A stretch of 9,928 nucleotides of DNA, taken from positions 1 through 9,928 of IMG/VR virus record IMGVR_UViG_2698536618_000006; one strand, given 5' to 3'. A program made the translations under genes and the position numbers. This DNA comes from a virus (lineage: Duplodnaviria > Heunggongvirae > Uroviricota > Caudoviricetes). Below the pieces are notes generated by a model, which saw only the letters and a program-made list of their open reading frames with translations, ran no database searches and was not told where the DNA came from. Of this stretch, positions 7,510 through 9,928 are shown in pieces (the first letter of the stretch is position 1; each line of letters opens with the position of its first letter).

Positions 7510-8226
7510 TCAAACCAGCCTTAGTTTTGTCTCAATTGCAACGCCTATAATCTTGCAGTTTCCATTGATTGGCACGAGAGGCCATGCAGGATTAAGTCCC
7601 TTGAGGTATTTATTTCCGCCGTCGATTATCAGCTTCTTGAATGTTGCTTCGTTAGAGTCAGAAAGTTTTGCTATGACCAAGCTGCCGTTGACCGCCTCCC
7701 TTCCGGTATCGAAAAGAACGAATGTTCCCTCTGGAATGCTTAACCCAACCGGTGCCGTCATTGAATCACCTTCCACTTTAAGCCAGAACGCATTACCTTG
7801 AATATGCGCGTCAGACTCAAGCCAAACATCTATGTCTTTAATGGTGTATGGTTCGCATGCTTCACACCACGAGCCAGCCTGGATACTGCTTAACACCGGA
7901 TACCTCTTTCCTGCTCTGTATTCCCCTGCATACCTTACGTTGGCATCGCTCTTAAGGCTTTCTGCCTGTTCTGCAACCTTGGCAGCAATTGACTGGCTAA
8001 AATCAGCAATTGAGACTTGCAACAACCGTGCAAAACCAGATGCAACCTCAACGTTTAGCGCGTTTCTGCCATTAAGATAATGCCCTACCGCTCCTTGGGT
8101 GATACCCAGTTCATCAGCGATTGAGTATTGGGTTATTCCCAATTCTTTCTTTTTTGACTCATACAAAGCCTTAAGCCGCTTAGCGTCTTCGAGCTGTTCT
8201 GTCGTCAGTGATTTTTTATTTTCCAT
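7510..8226 (-). CDS. cI: CI-type prophage repressor (HTH N-terminal domain, LexA-like S24 autopeptidase C-terminal domain), 238 aa
   Basis: ATG at 8226-8224. The N-terminal region resembles lambda CI (LTTEQLEDAKRLKALYESKKKELGITQ). The C-terminal domain resembles 434 CI / P22 C2, with an Ala-Gly cleavage site (IQAGSW), the catalytic Ser in GDSM and Lys in FKKL. Divergent from cro with operators in between. Confidence 0.9.
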   Translation of the reverse strand: MENKKSLTTEQLEDAKRLKALYESKKKELGITQYSIADELGITQGAVGHYLNGRNALNVEVASGFARLLQVSIADFSQSIAAKVAEQAESLKSDANVRYAGEYRAGKRYPVLSSIQAGSWCEACEPYTIKDIDVWLESDAHIQGNAFWLKVEGDSMTAPVGLSIPEGTFVLFDTGREAVNGSLVIAKLSDSNEATFKKLIIDGGNKYLKGLNPAWPLVPINGNCKIIGVAIETKLRLV

Positions 8227-8237
8227 AGCTTAATTCT

Positions 8238-8303
8238 AATAGCTAAGGTACTTAAACTAAAAATACCCTGAGTATTGATTGATTTGAATACCTGTAGTAT
8301 TCT
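8238..8303. promoter_or_regulatory. OR: OR operator region with pR (-35 TTGATT 8275-8280, -10 TATTCT 8298-8303) and a candidate leaderless pRM
   Basis: OR1 AATACCTGTAGTATT (8287-8301) and OR2 AATACCCTGAGTATT (8262-8276) are 25 bp apart; a degenerate third site AATAGCTAAGGTACT lies at 8238-8252. The pR -10 sits inside OR1. On the minus strand a TAGAAT hexamer (plus 8233-8238) lies 6 nt upstream of the cI ATG, suggesting a leaderless cI mRNA as in lambda. Confidence 0.6.
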
Positions 8304-8332
8304 TTGTTCATGGTTAATAACGGAGAGTGCAT

Positions 8333-8527
8333 ATGATTCGAATGACACTTGCCGATTACGCCAAAATCCATGGACAGGCTAAAGCAGCCAGTGACTTTGG
8401 TGTAATCCAGTGCGCTATCAGCAAGGCCATTCTGGCAGGCCGTAACATCATGGTTACGGTAAAGCCTGATGGCAGTGTGATTGGAGAGGAAGTTCGTCCT
8501 TTCCCAAGCAACAAGAAAAACAAATAG
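8333..8527 (+). CDS. cro: Cro repressor, 64 aa
   Basis: ATG at 8333 with GGAGA Shine-Dalgarno 6 nt upstream (the track start at 8327 is a GTG). [64 protein letters not shown] resembles lambda Cro. First gene downstream of pR. Confidence 0.85.
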   Translation: MIRMTLADYAKIHGQAKAASDFGVIQCAISKAILAGRNIMVTVKPDGSVIGEEVRPFPSNKKNK

Positions 8528-8533
8528 TAACAC

Positions 8534-8578
8534 CGCTCTTTAACAGTCATGGTCATCACTCCCGCCGAAATGCGGGAA
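8534..8578 (+). promoter_or_regulatory. nutR: nutR: boxA CGCTCTTTAACA plus boxB hairpin
   Basis: boxA at 8534-8545, a 14-nt spacer, then UCCCGCCGAAAUGCGGGAA at 8560-8578, identical to the nutL boxB. A GCGCA...TGCGC hairpin with a T-rich tail at 8585-8618 may mark a tR1-like region. Confidence 0.7.
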
Positions 8579-8635
8579 TACAACGCGCATAATTTGATGC
8601 GCATAACTTCTTATTTGTTAAGGAAATACTTACAT

Positions 8636-8914
8636 ATGCAACTTACAAGTACTCGCAAGAAAGCGAATGCAATTACAAGCAACATCCTGAATCGAATTGC
8701 TGTACGTGGTCAGCGAAAGGTTGCCGACGCGTTAGGGATTAATGAATCGCAAATTTCGCGATGGAAAGACAGCTTTATCCCAAAGATGGCCATGCTTCTG
8801 GCTGTGCTGGAGTGGGGTGTTGAAGACGAGGAATTAGCAAAGCTAGCAAAGAAAGTAGCCATGGTGCTGACAAAAGAAAAGCCTCAAGACTGCTGCAACA
8901 GTTTTGAGGCCTGA
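8636..8914 (+). CDS. cII: CII transcriptional activator, 92 aa
   Basis: Start re-set to ATG 8636 (AAGGAAA upstream); the track ORF start at 8549 lies inside nutR. HTH region ...GINESQISRWKDSFIPKMAMLLAVLEWGV resembles lambda CII (...QISRWKRDWIPKFSMLLAVLEWGV). Confidence 0.85.
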   Translation: MQLTSTRKKANAITSNILNRIAVRGQRKVADALGINESQISRWKDSFIPKMAMLLAVLEWGVEDEELAKLAKKVAMVLTKEKPQDCCNSFEA

Positions 8915-8939
8915 TGTAGAAAGACTGGATCAATCCACA
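8872..8939 (-). ncRNA. oop: oop-like antisense RNA, candidate (terminator hairpin in the cII 3' end; promoter pO in the O 5' end)
   Basis: Minus-strand hairpin GCCTCAA...TTGAGGC (plus 8881-8910) followed by TTTTCTTTT (plus A-run 8872-8880). Candidate minus-strand promoter -35 TTGAGT / -10 CATAAT at plus 8946-8974. This matches the lambda oop arrangement. The 5' end is estimated. Confidence 0.45.
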
Positions 8940-8948
8940 GGAGTCATT

Positions 8949-9848
8949 ATGACAAATACAGCAAAAATACTCAACTTCTGCAGAGGTAACTTTGCCAAAC
9001 AGGAGCGTAATGTGGCAGATCTCGATGATGGTTACGCCAGACTATCAAATATGCTGCTTGAGGCTTATTCAGGCGCAGATCTGACCAAGCGACAGTTTAA
9101 AGTGCTGCTTGCCATTCTGCGTAAAACCTATGGGTGGAATAAACCAATGGACAGAATCACCGATTCTCAACTTAGCGAGATTACAAAGTTACCCGTCAAA
9201 CGGTGCAATGAAGCCAAGTTAGAACTCGTCAGAATGAATATTATCAAGCAGCAAGGCGGCATGTTTGGACCAAATAAAAACATCTCAGAATGGTGTATCC
9301 CTCAAAACGAGGGAAAATCCCCTAAAACGAGGGATAAAACATCCCTCAAATTGGGGGATTGCTATCCCTCAAAACAGGGGGACACAAAAGACACTAATAC
9401 AAAAGAAAAAAGAAAAGATTATTCGTCAGAGAATTCTGGCGAATCCTCTGACCAGCCAGAAAACGATCTTTCTGTGGTTAAACCGGATGCTGCAATTCAG
9501 AGCGGCAGCAAGTGGGGAACAGCAGAAGACCTGACCGCCGCAGAGTGGATGTTTGACATGGTGAAGACTATCGCACCATCAGCCAGAAAACCGAATTTTG
9601 CTGGGTGGGCTAACGATATCCGCCTGATGCGTGAACGTGACGGACGTAACCATCGCGACATGTGTGTACTGTTCCGCTGGGCATGCCAGGACAACTTCTG
9701 GTCCGGTAACGTTCTTAGCCCGGCCAAACTCCGCGACAAGTGGACCCAGCTCGAAATCAACCGTAACAAGCAACAGGCAGTCGTGACAGCCAGCAAACCA
9801 AAACTCGACCTGACAAACACAGACTGGATTTACGGGGTGGATCTATGA
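8949..9848 (+). CDS. O: Replication initiator O, 299 aa
   Basis: Start re-set to ATG 8949 (AGGAG upstream). MTNTAKILNFCRGNFAKQERNVADLDDGYARLSNMLLEAYSG... closely matches lambda O along its whole length from memory. It contains the iteron origin internally, and its stop overlaps the P start. Confidence 0.95.
   Translation: MTNTAKILNFCRGNFAKQERNVADLDDGYARLSNMLLEAYSGADLTKRQFKVLLAILRKTYGWNKPMDRITDSQLSEITKLPVKRCNEAKLELVRMNIIKQQGGMFGPNKNISEWCIPQNEGKSPKTRDKTSLKLGDCYPSKQGDTKDTNTKEKRKDYSSENSGESSDQPENDLSVVKPDAAIQSGSKWGTAEDLTAAEWMFDMVKTIAPSARKPNFAGWANDIRLMRERDGRNHRDMCVLFRWACQDNFWSGNVLSPAKLRDKWTQLEINRNKQQAVVTASKPKLDLTNTDWIYGVDL
9296..9420. repeat. ori: Lambda-type replication origin: four iterons (about 9296-9381) plus an A/T-rich region (9382-9420) inside O
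   Basis: Four tandem ~19-24 bp repeats, each an inverted repeat of the form TCCCTCAAAACGAGGGA (ATCCCTCAAAACGAGGGA, AAATCCCCTAAAACGAGGGA, ACATCCCTCAAATTGGGGGA, ATCCCTCAAAACAGGGGGA), followed by ACAAAAGACACTAATACAAAAGAAAAAAGAAAAGATTATT. Confidence 0.8.
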
Positions 9849-9928
9849 AAAACATCGCCGCACAGATGGTTAACTTTGACCGTGAGCAGATGCGTCGGAT
9901 CGCCAACAACATGCCGGAACAGTACGAC
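9845..9928 (+). CDS. P: Replication protein P (helicase loader), 5' end only; continues past the window
   Basis: ATG at 9845 overlapping the O stop (ATGA). MKNIAAQMVNFDREQMRRIANNMPEQYD matches the lambda P N-terminus. Confidence 0.9.
   Translation, partial: MKNIAAQMVNFDREQMRRIANNMPEQYD

Noticed and set aside
7490-8335. Track ORF start codons at 7513, 8327, 6646 and 1845
   Set aside because: These positions are TTG or GTG, rendered as M by the ORF tool. I used the nearest downstream ATG with a Shine-Dalgarno sequence (7492, 8333, 6553, 1812), which also gives the expected protein N-termini for cro and N.
8252-8604. Minus-strand ORFs (93 and 82 aa) across the cro region
   Set aside because: They are antisense to cro and nutR and overlap the OR/pR control region; cro and the operators explain this sequence better.
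9296-9381. Tandem repeats inside O as a CRISPR array or a mobile-element terminal repeat
   Set aside because: Four iterons of about 19-24 bp, each an internal inverted repeat, with an adjacent A/T-rich tract inside the O gene is the lambda replication-origin arrangement. There are no unique spacers and no cas context.

Overview
This window is the early/immunity region of a lambdoid (lambda-like) prophage; one mosaic phage accounts for essentially all of it. Read right to left on the minus strand: a truncated integrase and excisionase (57-916), an accessory block with a TraR/DksA-like zinc-finger protein and an orphan phage Dam-type N6-adenine methyltransferase (888-2380), then a lambda-type recombination/early-left operon exo-bet-gam-kil-cIII-ea10-ral (2531-5470; ral carries a premature stop), sieB on the plus strand, and an N antiterminator with nutL, pL and three OL operators. 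The immunity core is a cI repressor (7510-8226) followed on the same transcript by a small three-helix membrane protein of unknown function (7124-7492), which I consider the best candidate for an undescribed superinfection-exclusion or abortive-infection gene. Rightward lie OR/pR, cro, nutR, cII, an oop-like antisense terminator, replication gene O with four ori iterons, and the start of P. Protein identities rest on my recollection of lambda, 434, P22 and 933W sequences, not on a database search. The ORF track begins some ORFs at TTG/GTG; I re-set those starts to internal ATGs with Shine-Dalgarno support.
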